Shown: positions 1 through 10,951, counted from the first letter of the stretch. The stretch is 64,000 nucleotides of DNA from Candidatus Babeliales bacterium (GCA_963722075.1 CAVRJM010000001.1:896001-960000), one strand, 5' to 3'. Program-made: numbers and translations. Notes: generated by a model not told the origin, from the sequence alone.

Positions 1-1
1 T

Positions 2-658
2 CAATTTAGCTTAAATTATAGCAAACAACATAATAAGCCACAGTTTTATAGTCAGGTTGGGCAAGATAGTTATGTTATGGAACATTTTTTCCCTCACAAA
101 AAAGACGGTTTTTTTTGTGAGATTGGCGCTTTTGACGGTATTAAATTTAGCAATACATATGTGTTTGAACGTTTGGGTTGGAAAGGCATATGCGTTGAAC
201 CAATTCCGGAACGATTTGACCAATTAAAAAAAAATAGAAATTGTATTTGTGTTAAAGGCTGCATTACTGATCATGAGGGAACTCTTTTATTTAGACAAGT
301 GGGGGAAAGTGGGGAAATGTCAAGCGGATTAGTAGAAAAATATGACCCTTTACATATTCAACGTATTGAAGCGGCACATTGCAGTGCAAAATATTTCCAA
401 GTTCACTGTTATACATTATCATCACTCATGAAAAAATACGATATCCAAAAAATAGATTTTTTAAGTATTGATACTGAAGGAGGAGAACTTGATATTTTGC
501 AATCTTTAAGTGATGAGGAATTAGCATGCATAGATGTTATAGCCGTAGAAGATAATTATAAAGATCCTAAATTAGTACAATTTTTTACAGAAAAAGGTTT
601 TAAAATCATAGTACGCCTTGAAATGGATATTATTTGTAGAAATACATTATATATGTAA
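2..658 (+). CDS. FkbM-family (Methyltransf_21) SAM methyltransferase, 5'-truncated by the window edge
   Basis: Frame is open from base 2 (QFSLNYSKQHNKPQFYSQVGQDSYVMEH...), so the ATG at 77 is internal. Motifs: YSQxGQD, EIGAFDG, VEP, IDFLSIDTEGGE. Confidence 0.85.
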   Translation, partial: QFSLNYSKQHNKPQFYSQVGQDSYVMEHFFPHKKDGFFCEIGAFDGIKFSNTYVFERLGWKGICVEPIPERFDQLKKNRNCICVKGCITDHEGTLLFRQVGESGEMSSGLVEKYDPLHIQRIEAAHCSAKYFQVHCYTLSSLMKKYDIQKIDFLSIDTEGGELDILQSLSDEELACIDVIAVEDNYKDPKLVQFFTEKGFKIIVRLEMDIICRNTLYM

Positions 659-685
659 GATAACACTTATTAAAAAGGATTAGAT

Positions 686-1383
686 ATGAATCAATCAGTA
701 TTTTTAAAATATAGCATTCTATTTTTCATTTTTTATTCATCTATTGCTTCTTCATATTACAGTCAATATAACCAAGATCAGTATATTTTAACTCATCTTT
801 TCCCCAATAAAAAAAATGGATTTTTTATTGATATTGGGGCATTTGATGGCATTACTTGGAGTAACACATTGGCACTTGAACAACGCGGATGGAATGGAAT
901 ATGTTTTGAACCTAATCCTGATGAATTTAAAAAGTTAAAAAAATGTCGTAAATGTATCTGCATTCAAGGCTGTGTTGATGAAATAGAAGGTCCGGCACAA
1001 TTCCTACAGGTGGTCGGTGGTCCAATGCTTGATGGGTTAGTTGAACGATATGACGCACGGCATTTAGAAAATATCCAAAAACTCGCTCAAGAAAAAAACT
1101 TAACCTTTAAAACTATTGAAGTGCAACGATACTTATTGAATAATATTTTAGATCAATATCAGATAAAGCATATTGATGTATTATGCATTGATATAGAAGG
1201 TGGCGAATTTACTATTTTAAAATCAATCGATTGGAATAGATTTGTTTTGATGTATTAGTAATCGAAGAAATTTTTGATTATCCAGAGTTAAAGAAATTTC
1301 TTAATGATAAAGGCTTTTCTCAAATTGCGAGAATAGACAATGATGTTTTTTATAGAAACAAGAAATATATCAATAACAAATAA
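686..1383 (+). pseudogene. FkbM-family methyltransferase with signal peptide, single-base frameshift near 1244
   Basis: YSQYNQD, DIGAFDG, IDIEGGE. The ORF stops at 1258. Restoring one A (tttgttttga vs tttgattttga in the copy near 2300) gives DVLVIEEIFDYPELKKFLNDKGFSQIARIDNDVFYRNKKYINNK* ending at 1383. Confidence 0.7.
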
Positions 1384-1501
1384 TTAGAGTTAATAAGGAA
1401 TTTTTAATAGTAAATCAGCCCAACTTTTTTCTACTGCATCTTTTGTAAATAATATTTTAACTGTTTTATTTGCCAAATATTCATAAAAAGGAGCCTAAAT
1501 T

Positions 1502-2173
1502 ATGAATTTCCGCTTTATTCTATTCGTCATTCTTATGAATCAATTTACCTACAATTATAACCAACAAGATAATAATACTGTGCAATTTTATAGTCAGGTT
1601 GGGCAAGATCGTTATGTTTGGGAACATTTTTTTTCAAATAAAAAAGATGGTTTTTTTTGTGAAATTGGCGCATATGATGGTATTAAATTTAGCAATACTT
1701 ATTTTTTTGAACAAATCGGTTGGAAAGGAATCTGTATCGAACCAATTCCAGCACGCTTTAATGAATTAGAAAAAAATAGAAATTGTATCTGCATTCATGG
1801 ATGTATAACTGACCATGAAGGAACTGCACTATTCAGACATATACAAGAAACTGATGAACTAACTGATGAAATGTTGAGCGGTTTAGTGGAAAAATATCAC
1901 CCATTGCATCTTCAACGAATTCATTGGAGACATTGTCCATCTGAGTATTTTGAAGTCAAATGCTACACATTATCAGCTCTCATGAAAACATATGATGTAC
2001 AAAAAATAGATTTTTTAAGTATCGACACCGAAGGTGGAGAATTAGATATTTTGCAATCATTGAGTGACGAAGAATTAGCCTGCATTGATGTTATAACGGT
2101 CGAAGATAATTATAATGACCCTAAAATAGTACGATTTCTTACCAGTAAAAATTTCGAGCTCATCACCCGCTGA
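1502..2173 (+). CDS. FkbM-family methyltransferase, close paralog of 2..658; 3' end probably cut short
   Basis: Same motifs as 2..658, but it ends at ELITR* before the paralog's MDII.RN tail. Confidence 0.8.
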   Translation: MNFRFILFVILMNQFTYNYNQQDNNTVQFYSQVGQDRYVWEHFFSNKKDGFFCEIGAYDGIKFSNTYFFEQIGWKGICIEPIPARFNELEKNRNCICIHGCITDHEGTALFRHIQETDELTDEMLSGLVEKYHPLHLQRIHWRHCPSEYFEVKCYTLSALMKTYDVQKIDFLSIDTEGGELDILQSLSDEELACIDVITVEDNYNDPKIVRFLTSKNFELITR

Positions 2174-2248
2174 GGATTGAGAGAAAGTAGAAAGGAGATG
2201 TAAAAGAGTGCAGAAAGATATAGAATAGAGAAAGTAGAGTATGAGCAT

Positions 2249-2434
2249 GATATAGAAGGCGGCGAATTTACTATTTTAAAATCAATCGATTGGAATAAAT
2301 TTGATTTTGATGTATTAGTAATCGAAGAAATTTTTGATTACCCAGAATTAAAAAAATTTCTTAAGATAAAGGATTTTTCAAATACAAGAATAGAAATGGA
2401 TATTATTTTTAGAAATAAATTATATATGCAATAA
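2249..2434 (+). pseudogene. Orphan C-terminal fragment of an FkbM gene
   Basis: Reads DIEGGEFTILKSIDWNKFDFDVLVIEEIFDYPELKKFL...MDIIFRNKLYMQ*; the first part is near-identical in DNA to ~1190-1300. Confidence 0.6.
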
Positions 2435-2446
2435 AAGGGGTTAGTT

Positions 2447-4129
2447 ATGTATTATCATTTTTTTTTATTCATTCTTTTTCTAATAACATCCATAACCGCT
2501 ATCCCGGAAAAAAAAATTGTTATCTTAATTCCTTCATATAATAATCCGTTATATATCACCCGCGAATGTTTGCAATCGGCACTTAATCAACAGTATTCAA
2601 ATTTTGAAATTTTTTTTAGTGATGATTGCTCACCTGAACCTGGTATTGAAGAAAAACATCGCGCATTAATTGCTGAGCTTGATAAGAATAATAAAATTAC
2701 CTATAAACGAAATAAACAACGGCATGGCCCCATCGGTAATCAATTGCTAGCATGGCATAGTATTAATCCTGATAATATCTTAGATAATCGTGATATTATT
2801 GTTGCCAATTTGGATGGCGATGACTTTTTAGAGCCTAATGCGCTGAGTATTGTTAATGAATTGCATGAAAAAGCATGGGTCACCTGGGGACAATTTGATC
2901 TCTACCCCAGCGGTGATAAACGAAATGATTGTCATAAAATTTCCAAAAAAATTATTGCAGCAAATGGATGGCGCAAGGTTCCGGGCGGATTGGCAACCAG
3001 CCATTTACGCACCTATCGATTAAGTCTTCTTAAAGATTTACCCATAGAAGCCTTACTCTATCAAGGTATTTTTTATCCGGCAGCAGGAGATGCCCCGCTC
3101 ATGTGGTCACTATGCGAAAAAGCGGGATTCCATACTGCATATAACCCAAAAATAATATATCATTATCGCCAAACCGCTCAATGTGAATCGAGAATATATG
3201 CCAAAGAATCAACGGCTTGTGCAAATTATGCTCGTCAACAAAAACCATTTAGAGCCTTAAAAGAACTTCCTATTCAGTATCCGGCACAGCATTATAAAGC
3301 TAACCTTGTTATTTTTTCTTACCATCGGCCAATGCAGTTATATGCCTTACTGGAATCTGTACAAAAATATGTTACTGGTTTTAATCATATCGCTGTTTTA
3401 TATCGTGCTGATACAAATGAATATCAACAAGCGTACCAAAAGGTTATGAGCGATTTTAATCAGGTAACATTCAAAAAACAATCTAAAAACCCTCAGAAAG
3501 ATTTTAAGCCTTTATTGCTTACGCTTATAAATGAATTACAGAGTGATTATATAATGTTTGCTACTGATGATATCATTGTAAAAGATGCCGTTTCGATAAC
3601 CGAATGTGTAAAAGCATTACAAAAAACACACGCCTATGGATTCCATTTACGGCTGGGAACAAATATAAATCATTTTTACATGCTTAATCAACCGCAAAAG
3701 CTGCCACTTTTAATTGATATTGAAGATGACATATATGCGTGGCAAACATATACAGCAACTGATTACTGGTCCGATTGGGCATGGATTAATACAGTGGATA
3801 TGACGTTATATCCTAAAAACGAAATTATTACTGCGTTAGCATCAAGCAGTTACGAAAATCCTAACACCTTAGAAAATGCTTTAGCTAGTTTACTTCCTTC
3901 TTTAAAACAAAAAGTTTGTTTATGTTTTAAAGAATCAAAAACTGTTAATATCCCCTTAAATCGTGTTCAAAATGTATTTAAAACTAATAGATCAATGGAC
4001 AATGGATTTAGCATCGATTTTCTTCTTGAACAGTTTAATGCGGGTTTTAAAATCAATATACAACCATTACATCAATATAATAATTGTTCTGTTCACACTG
4101 AATATGATGTTACCTTTATAAAAAGGTAG
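2447..4129 (+). CDS. Two-domain glycosyltransferase (GT2 plus a second GT-A-like domain) with N-terminal signal/anchor
   Basis: IPSYNN, DDCS, LDGDD; second domain FSYHRPMQL...FATDD. Confidence 0.75.
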   Translation: MYYHFFLFILFLITSITAIPEKKIVILIPSYNNPLYITRECLQSALNQQYSNFEIFFSDDCSPEPGIEEKHRALIAELDKNNKITYKRNKQRHGPIGNQLLAWHSINPDNILDNRDIIVANLDGDDFLEPNALSIVNELHEKAWVTWGQFDLYPSGDKRNDCHKISKKIIAANGWRKVPGGLATSHLRTYRLSLLKDLPIEALLYQGIFYPAAGDAPLMWSLCEKAGFHTAYNPKIIYHYRQTAQCESRIYAKESTACANYARQQKPFRALKELPIQYPAQHYKANLVIFSYHRPMQLYALLESVQKYVTGFNHIAVLYRADTNEYQQAYQKVMSDFNQVTFKKQSKNPQKDFKPLLLTLINELQSDYIMFATDDIIVKDAVSITECVKALQKTHAYGFHLRLGTNINHFYMLNQPQKLPLLIDIEDDIYAWQTYTATDYWSDWAWINTVDMTLYPKNEIITALASSSYENPNTLENALASLLPSLKQKVCLCFKESKTVNIPLNRVQNVFKTNRSMDNGFSIDFLLEQFNAGFKINIQPLHQYNNCSVHTEYDVTFIKR

Positions 4130-4196
4130 GTAAACTAGTTCTGTTCAGTTTTTGGAAAATTTTTAAAGTTTAAAGGTTATATGTTCATGGAAAAGC

Positions 4197-4341
4197 CGTC
4201 GTCACGAGCCGAATCCGTCGACGCCAAGGCTATGCCGGACAAGGGCGTGGAGACCGTGTCCGCCGTAGCTTGTAGCGAAGGCTGGATCCAGGCTAAAATT
4301 TTCAGGAAAACCTGGATTGCTTCGACAAGCTCGCAACGACG
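4197..4341. repeat. Nested palindromic repeat cluster (YGTC-tagged, REP/RPE-like)
   Basis: cgtcgtcacgagc...tccagg and cctggattgcttcgacaagctcgcaacgacg, with two tccg...gga hairpins inside. 4311-4341 is identical to 57896-57926. Confidence 0.85.
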
Positions 4342-4417
4342 CCCCTTAACAATTTACACCAATTGAGCAAATTTTTTGCATTTAGCAAACAATAAAAGAT
4401 ATAAAACCCAACAGAGT

Positions 4418-5221
4418 CTATAGCTTTTGTAATTCAATTGTCATAAACCAACCACTTGTATGCCACCCCAATAATGCCGCAGCGCTATAAGCCAAAAATC
4501 GAAATGGTTTTGATTTATTATAGAGCAAATCATAATTAGTTACGGTCGATTTAAGTTGTTTAATAACAACGGGATAATTTTTTAGAATTGTATGTATCTC
4601 TTTAATTGTATATGCTTTAGTGCCCAAACTTTCTTGATCATAATAAATTACCTGTGAAAAACTTCTTAAAAATTTTCCATGTTTGGCCGCTGCTAATAGA
4701 TATCTATACAATGCAAATAACGAATGTCGATTATAAATCATAATTTTTATACAGCCGCCTGGTTTTGTAACCCGTATAATTTCTTCAAGACATTTAATAG
4801 TATTTGGTGAATGATGAATAACGCCCCAGGAATAAACAATATCAAAAAAATTATCATGATAAGGAATTTGTTCAGCGTCAGCAACCTGAACCTCTTGAGC
4901 TTTCAAACCATATAACGATAACCGCTTTTTTACATTATCAATAGCTTCTTCAGTTAAATCGATTCCATACGCTTGAGTTCCGGCACGAACCCATTGTAAA
5001 AAATCAGTTCCAGCACCAATACCCACTTCAAGCAACTTTTTATCTTTAAAACGCGTAAATTGCGCAAAAGAAAAAATCTCAGGTTCTGCAGCATACCGGA
5101 GCTGCTCAATTTCTTCAAAATATTCTTTTGAAAATTTATCTTTTTTTGTGTGTTCTGTGCCACAGCTGGCATTATTCCAGTATTTATAGACTTCTTGTTT
5201 TAAGTTTTCGTTGTTCATCAT
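4418..5221 (-). CDS. Class I SAM-dependent methyltransferase (Methyltransf_11-like)
   Basis: LEVGIGAGTD, GIDLT, FDIVYSWGVIHH, KPGG. Confidence 0.85.
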   Translation of the reverse strand: MMNNENLKQEVYKYWNNASCGTEHTKKDKFSKEYFEEIEQLRYAAEPEIFSFAQFTRFKDKKLLEVGIGAGTDFLQWVRAGTQAYGIDLTEEAIDNVKKRLSLYGLKAQEVQVADAEQIPYHDNFFDIVYSWGVIHHSPNTIKCLEEIIRVTKPGGCIKIMIYNRHSLFALYRYLLAAAKHGKFLRSFSQVIYYDQESLGTKAYTIKEIHTILKNYPVVIKQLKSTVTNYDLLYNKSKPFRFLAYSAAALLGWHTSGWFMTIELQKL

Positions 5222-5257
5222 TATCTTTCTTTTTTATTTTTTTATGTCTTTATTTTA

Positions 5258-6511
5258 CTATTTTTCTTTTCGTATGATTATTTTATTAACATGATTATAC
5301 CAATCATACTGTTGTACTGCTTTTTTTCGAGCATTAAAACCCAATCGATCATAGGTATCATTATCTAGATCAATTAATGCACATGATGCCTGTATAAATT
5401 GTTGAATATTTTGAGGCTCTACTATAAAACCAATTTGATCGGTAATGGTATCGTTATAATAGATACCATTATTATTAATTCGTATTGCCGGTGAAATCAC
5501 TTCACTAATTTGTTCAAGATCTGATGCAATAACCGGCTTACCCATACTTAAATATTCAAAAATTTTTGTAGGCGAGCCAAAAAAAGGAGTACCATCAGGA
5601 TTTGGTTGTGTGGGTGATAAAAATGCATCACATGCTGCTAAATAGTTTTTAGCCTCATGTTGCGCAATAATACCGGTAAAGATAACTTTTTTTTTAACAA
5701 CATACTCTTGCAACGTTTCATAAGCGTATGTATAAAGAGGACCATCGCCAATCAATAAAAAGCGCGCTTGTGGTTTTTCTAATACTATTGCAGGGATTAT
5801 TTCCACTAAAAGCTCGATACCATGCCATTTATTAAAGGTACCAATAAAGCCAAAAACAAAGGTATTAGTTAGCGCTAATTGGTTGCGTATTAAGCACCGT
5901 TCCTTTTCTAAGAGCGCTGAATTAAAAGTGCTTGTATTTACTCCATTGGGATTTACTAAGATTTTTGTTTGATCTACTCCTCGTTGCATCAATTCATTTT
6001 TCAATGCTTGGGATACTACTATAATTTTATGGGCATAGTATATATTAACCCACTCTATTAATCGAATCGGCCATTTCAGTGTCATTCTTTTTTTAGTTGC
6101 CCAAAACGTATCAACCCATACTTCTGATCCATTATATTCTAAAATTAGGGGAACTTTTTTTATTAAACTGAGTAAAACACCGGTAGCATTTAACAAAGAA
6201 TAGCGTTGGTAAATAAAATCAATACTATTATTTTTCATACATCGTAACGCTTGGTTAATAAAAAACAGAGTAGATAACAAAGAAGCTATTTTTGTACGCA
6301 ATGATAATATATATTTTGGCAATGCTAATTGATGTACCCGTATAGGTAATGCTGACAGTTGCTCAATCATAACCGTAGAGGCTGTAATAACATCATACCC
6401 ATGGCCAATAAAACCCTGTATTACACCGAGTGTATGGCCAACCGAACCCCCGGCAACTAATGGTGTATAAGAAATATCAGTTCTTAAATAAAAAATAGTT
6501 TTCTTGCTCAT
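5258..6511 (-). CDS. Glycosyltransferase family 4
   Basis: VNPNGV, FIGTF..WHG, SPTKIFEYLSMGKPVIAS. Confidence 0.85.
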   Translation of the reverse strand: MSKKTIFYLRTDISYTPLVAGGSVGHTLGVIQGFIGHGYDVITASTVMIEQLSALPIRVHQLALPKYILSLRTKIASLLSTLFFINQALRCMKNNSIDFIYQRYSLLNATGVLLSLIKKVPLILEYNGSEVWVDTFWATKKRMTLKWPIRLIEWVNIYYAHKIIVVSQALKNELMQRGVDQTKILVNPNGVNTSTFNSALLEKERCLIRNQLALTNTFVFGFIGTFNKWHGIELLVEIIPAIVLEKPQARFLLIGDGPLYTYAYETLQEYVVKKKVIFTGIIAQHEAKNYLAACDAFLSPTQPNPDGTPFFGSPTKIFEYLSMGKPVIASDLEQISEVISPAIRINNNGIYYNDTITDQIGFIVEPQNIQQFIQASCALIDLDNDTYDRLGFNARKKAVQQYDWYNHVNKIIIRKEK

Positions 6512-8976
6512 GTATAATGCAATTCTTTAAGGGAAGAGTATACAACATTAAAAAATGCCTGTTTATCACCTGTTTTAAAAAGCTCTGTTCCAGCCGGCCG
6601 TTTACAAACATCGCTGGCTATTGCTCTTGTACCCACATGCAATGCTTCGGCAATACTAATACCAAAATTATCGCTTAAAGTAGGTCGTACAAAGAGATCT
6701 ACTCTTTTTAATAAAGGCCAATATTCATATTGACCCTGCAAGAGATACATTGAGTTTTTTAAATTTAAATCATTAATTTTTTTTACTAAATAAGAAAAGT
6801 ATGATTCATTACCTACTTGGGATAAAAAAATAATAAATCCTATAGTAGGAAATGTTTTTTTTAATTCAGCCGTAAGATCGATACACCATTCAATACCATA
6901 TAAATCAGTGTTGTTTAATAAAACTATTTGAAATGCATTTGCGCTAATAAGTGGCGTATGGCTATTTAAAAAATCTTCTAAGGTTACTGGATAACGCTTC
7001 ACCACTTCTTCTTCACCAGTATCAGGTGGTAAAAAAGGCGTTTCAATAACGGCAGAATCCTGTATAACCATGCCCTGCTCTTTATACTGTTCGACCGTCA
7101 CATTACCTATAAAAATCTGTTGGTAAACATAACGCATTAAAAAGGCAAAGATCGCTTTAAATTGATAGGAGCGGGAGGCTAAATAACGACAATCATGTTC
7201 AACTAAGAGAAGATTTGATTTTATTATATATGCACCAAGAACTACCGGAATCAGTTCATACAACCCTAACCATGAATAAGCAGTATGATAATAAATTAAG
7301 TGAGGACGCCTCACCAGCAAAAAAATAATAATACGAATCGCATGAATTAATTTTATCGTACAACAATTCATCGTATCAAAAATATATACGCTATTCTGTT
7401 GTTTTAAAAATTTATTTTTTACTCGCTGAATATGTACACTAATGCCCCCTAATGGAGGTGGATATGGGCCAAATAGTGCTATTTTTTTATTAAATATCCC
7501 TTCTGAATAGCGATGATACTCGTATTCAAGCGACACGGTATTTGTATTATTTGACATGTTAGTATACCAGTTTTTGAAAAACCATTCCTTTTCGTCATCA
7601 AGAAAAAATAAGACAACTATGATCGGCCAGGAACATAAAATAAGCACCGAATAATACCATGGTTTTGCATATAAAAAAATCAGTTGAAAAATTGCAAAAT
7701 AACAACACCCACTTATTAAAACTCGCATTATATGCTTTAAATTAAAGATATTTTTAAAAACGTTATTGCCATAATAAAAATTAATACCGCTAAATAGGGT
7801 AAACGCCATGCTGTTTATGAGTAGTATCATCCATATATTGAGCTGAAAAAAATAAGAACTCATTAAAAATAAACTGCTTTGAAATAATAAAATTAAAAAA
7901 GTTAAGAGCGGTATATAATGAGTATTTATTGAAATGCAAAAACTGCTTTGAAATATTCGCGCTGTATCTAATATCACCAGCATCAGAAAAAAAAGTGGAA
8001 AATAAATGAGCAACGTATGGTAGGTAGCCGGTATAAACCATTCTATTAAACAATGGGAACCTACCAATGAAGATAATCCTAAAAAGACTAAAATCATAAC
8101 ATAATAAGAAACAAGCCGGGACAAAATATGTTCTCGATTAACTTCTTTATCTGCATTGTATGATACAATCGGCCAGGCATCAATTAATGCAAGTGAAAAA
8201 AATTGATATAAAACCCCAAATCGCCACAATAATGAATAAACACCTAACATTTCATAACCACCATAGGTTTTTATAAAAAAGCGATCGATACTAAAAAAGC
8301 CAGTATATATGATACTGTATAACAACAATGGTACGCTAAAGCGCAATTGCTCTTTAAAGAGTTGAGATGAAAAAGCTACCTGTGATCCAAAAAAAATAAT
8401 AAAAAAAGGGGAAAAAAGCGACAATGAAATTAAATTTGCATAAAAAAATGAGTCAATACCAAAACCATTTTTAATACCATAAACCATGAAAGCAGTGGCA
8501 AGTATACTTTGGCTCGTAAATAATAATAAATAGGTGGTTAATTGTTCTTTAATACGTAAAAATGCCGTTGTTAAAGCAAAAAAGGAAAATAGGCAAATAT
8601 TAATAAAAGTAAGAAAAATATAACGATGCTGTATCGTTATTATACTAAAGTAAAGCAGGCATCCCAAAAACCCTGCTAAAAAAATCATACTGAGTAGCAC
8701 CATCAAACATGCATTACCAATTGCTTGCTTCAATTTAAATGGCTCATCCTTATATAAAAAATAAAACCTAATTAACGATGCTGAAGCACATGCAATGAGG
8801 GCTGTTGTTCCTAAAGAGAAAAAAGTTTGATAAAAATCCCAGATACCAAATTCTGTTAACGTTAACATGGAAAGAAAATACGGAAAAAATAGAAAACTAA
8901 TAGCGCGATTTATTGCTGAACTTAACCCATAAAAAAAGGTATTATGGGCGCCCCGCTTTATATAATGAGCTAACAT
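6508..8976 (-). CDS. Wzx/MOP polysaccharide flippase fused to a C-terminal GT4 domain
   Basis: About 470 aa of multi-TM flippase, then GPYPPPLGGISVH...DLFVRPTLSDNFGISIAEAL. Confidence 0.75.
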   Translation of the reverse strand: MLAHYIKRGAHNTFFYGLSSAINRAISFLFFPYFLSMLTLTEFGIWDFYQTFFSLGTTALIACASASLIRFYFLYKDEPFKLKQAIGNACLMVLLSMIFLAGFLGCLLYFSIITIQHRYIFLTFINICLFSFFALTTAFLRIKEQLTTYLLLFTSQSILATAFMVYGIKNGFGIDSFFYANLISLSLFSPFFIIFFGSQVAFSSQLFKEQLRFSVPLLLYSIIYTGFFSIDRFFIKTYGGYEMLGVYSLLWRFGVLYQFFSLALIDAWPIVSYNADKEVNREHILSRLVSYYVMILVFLGLSSLVGSHCLIEWFIPATYHTLLIYFPLFFLMLVILDTARIFQSSFCISINTHYIPLLTFLILLFQSSLFLMSSYFFQLNIWMILLINSMAFTLFSGINFYYGNNVFKNIFNLKHIMRVLISGCCYFAIFQLIFLYAKPWYYSVLILCSWPIIVVLFFLDDEKEWFFKNWYTNMSNNTNTVSLEYEYHRYSEGIFNKKIALFGPYPPPLGGISVHIQRVKNKFLKQQNSVYIFDTMNCCTIKLIHAIRIIIFLLVRRPHLIYYHTAYSWLGLYELIPVVLGAYIIKSNLLLVEHDCRYLASRSYQFKAIFAFLMRYVYQQIFIGNVTVEQYKEQGMVIQDSAVIETPFLPPDTGEEEVVKRYPVTLEDFLNSHTPLISANAFQIVLLNNTDLYGIEWCIDLTAELKKTFPTIGFIIFLSQVGNESYFSYLVKKINDLNLKNSMYLLQGQYEYWPLLKRVDLFVRPTLSDNFGISIAEALHVGTRAIASDVCKRPAGTELFKTGDKQAFFNVVYSSLKELHYT

Positions 8977-8989
8977 AAAATACTCTCAT

Positions 8990-10951
8990 TTATAATTGAA
9001 TTCCCATCAAATTTTGTATCACCCATAATTGTAAGGAATTATTACCTTCTTGTTTTTGATGCGTAACCAACAAATCATTAATTTTTTTGAAATCTAAATA
9101 TTCTTTCCAGGGGTTATTTTTTTCATGCATTTTATCAATAAAATATTGTTTAAAATAAGACCCTTCTTTAAACCACCGATGCGTAGGAGCAGCAAAACCC
9201 ATTTTTTTACGGTAAATCGTATCATGCGGTAATATACCTTCAGCCGCTTTTTTGAGGATATATTTGGTAATCCCATTATGATATTTAAGATCGGTTGGAA
9301 TCTGCAGCGCAAATTCAACTAAGGTGTGATCCAGAAATGGCACCCGTGCTTCTACTGAAGTAGCCATGGTCATTTTATCCACCCGCATTAACAGGAGTTC
9401 CGGAAGCCGCTGTTTTAATTCTAAATAACACATTGAAGTAAAAAAATCTGCTTGTGGATTACGTTCATACAGCTGCTGTAAATGATAATCAACTACGCAG
9501 TAGCTGGAATCATTTTGTTTAAAGGATGGGTAAATTTTCTCAATAATTGGATCATCATTATGTTCAAAAAAAAGTTCTTGCTTCAATACTGATTTTTTCC
9601 AAACCTCTGAAAATGCTGTCGCACCGCTCCAAAAAAGATGTTTATTTTCTGCCCAACTTTTTACTATAGCAAGTCTATTTTGTTTTTGGGGAAAAAAGTA
9701 TGCAGCAAGTTGATAGAATGATTGTTTTGCAAATGCCGGAATATAGCGCTGCGAATGTTTCCAATAACGATTATATACATTCAAATAATTTCCATACATT
9801 GTATAACCACAGAACAATTCATCAGATCCTTCCCCAACTTGCACCACCGTAACTCCAGCATCTTTGAGTAATTTTGATACGTAATATAAGGGAATGCAAA
9901 CACAATCGGCGATGGGTTCATCTTGATGAAATACCATCTTTTCAAAAAATTCAAATGCTTCTTTTTCTGAAATAATAATTTCATGATGATCAGTATTAAA
10001 ACGACGCGCAATTTTACGTGCCCATGAGATTTCACTATATTCAGGGCCATCATCAAAGGAAACGTTAAATGTTTTTACTTGATCAACGAGCTCTGACATG
10101 AGCGCAACATTTAAGCTTGAATCGATACCTCCCGATAAAAAAACGCCATAGGGAACATCTGACATCATTTGCCGTTTTATTGATGCACGCAATAATTGCT
10201 GTATTGTTTTTATACAAAACTGTTCATTAGTAAGTTGTTTTTGATCATACACGATTGCAGGCTTTAATGGCGTATACCATTCATGGAAACTAACATTTTT
10301 TTGTGCATCTACTTTAAGGTAATATGAGGCAGGTAGTTTGTAGACATGCTGGTAAAGGGTCATGGGAGCCGGCGTTACTAAATACGTTAAATAATGATAC
10401 AACGCTTTAGTATTAATTTCTTTGGTAATCCAGGGTAATTGCCATAATGCTTTAATTTCTGAAGCAAAGCTTAAAAAATCGCCATCAAGTGAAAAATAAA
10501 GTGGTTTAATACCCAGTCGATCGCGAATAAGAAAAAGTTTTTCGCGTTTAATATCATAAAGCACAATTGCAAACATGCCATCTAATTTGTTTAGTGCTTC
10601 TATGCCCCATTCTTTATATGCATAAATAATGGTTTCAGAATCTGAATTGGTCTGGTATTGATATCCTAATTGTTCAAGTTCTTTACGAAGTTGTGGATGA
10701 TTATAAATTTCACCATTACAGAGCACCGCTACGGTATGTTCTTTATCAAAGAGTGGCTGAAAACCTGCATCAGAAAGATCCATAATACTTAAACGGCGAT
10801 GAAACACTCCCAATTGCTGTGAATCTGAACTCCAAATCCGATAGCCATTTGGGCCGCGATGAGCAACGGTGTGTTGCATTTTTTCAAGTAACGATTGATC
10901 AATACCGCCAGCATTTTTTTTAATATGGAAGTAACCGCCCAGTCCACACAT
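8990..10951 (-). CDS. asnB: Asparagine synthase (glutamine-hydrolysing); probably a glycan amidotransferase given the locus
   Basis: N-terminal MCG, HRGP, HRRLSIMD, NGEIYN, LSGGIDSS, GEGSDELF, EARVPFLD. Confidence 0.92.
   Translation of the reverse strand: MCGLGGYFHIKKNAGGIDQSLLEKMQHTVAHRGPNGYRIWSSDSQQLGVFHRRLSIMDLSDAGFQPLFDKEHTVAVLCNGEIYNHPQLRKELEQLGYQYQTNSDSETIIYAYKEWGIEALNKLDGMFAIVLYDIKREKLFLIRDRLGIKPLYFSLDGDFLSFASEIKALWQLPWITKEINTKALYHYLTYLVTPAPMTLYQHVYKLPASYYLKVDAQKNVSFHEWYTPLKPAIVYDQKQLTNEQFCIKTIQQLLRASIKRQMMSDVPYGVFLSGGIDSSLNVALMSELVDQVKTFNVSFDDGPEYSEISWARKIARRFNTDHHEIIISEKEAFEFFEKMVFHQDEPIADCVCIPLYYVSKLLKDAGVTVVQVGEGSDELFCGYTMYGNYLNVYNRYWKHSQRYIPAFAKQSFYQLAAYFFPQKQNRLAIVKSWAENKHLFWSGATAFSEVWKKSVLKQELFFEHNDDPIIEKIYPSFKQNDSSYCVVDYHLQQLYERNPQADFFTSMCYLELKQRLPELLLMRVDKMTMATSVEARVPFLDHTLVEFALQIPTDLKYHNGITKYILKKAAEGILPHDTIYRKKMGFAAPTHRWFKEGSYFKQYFIDKMHEKNNPWKEYLDFKKINDLLVTHQKQEGNNSLQLWVIQNLMGIQL

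Noticed and set aside
4181..4366. 61-aa ORF; likewise 14241..14468, 57567..57734 and 57813..58040
   Set aside because: These frames run through palindromic repeat clusters and show no protein-like features.
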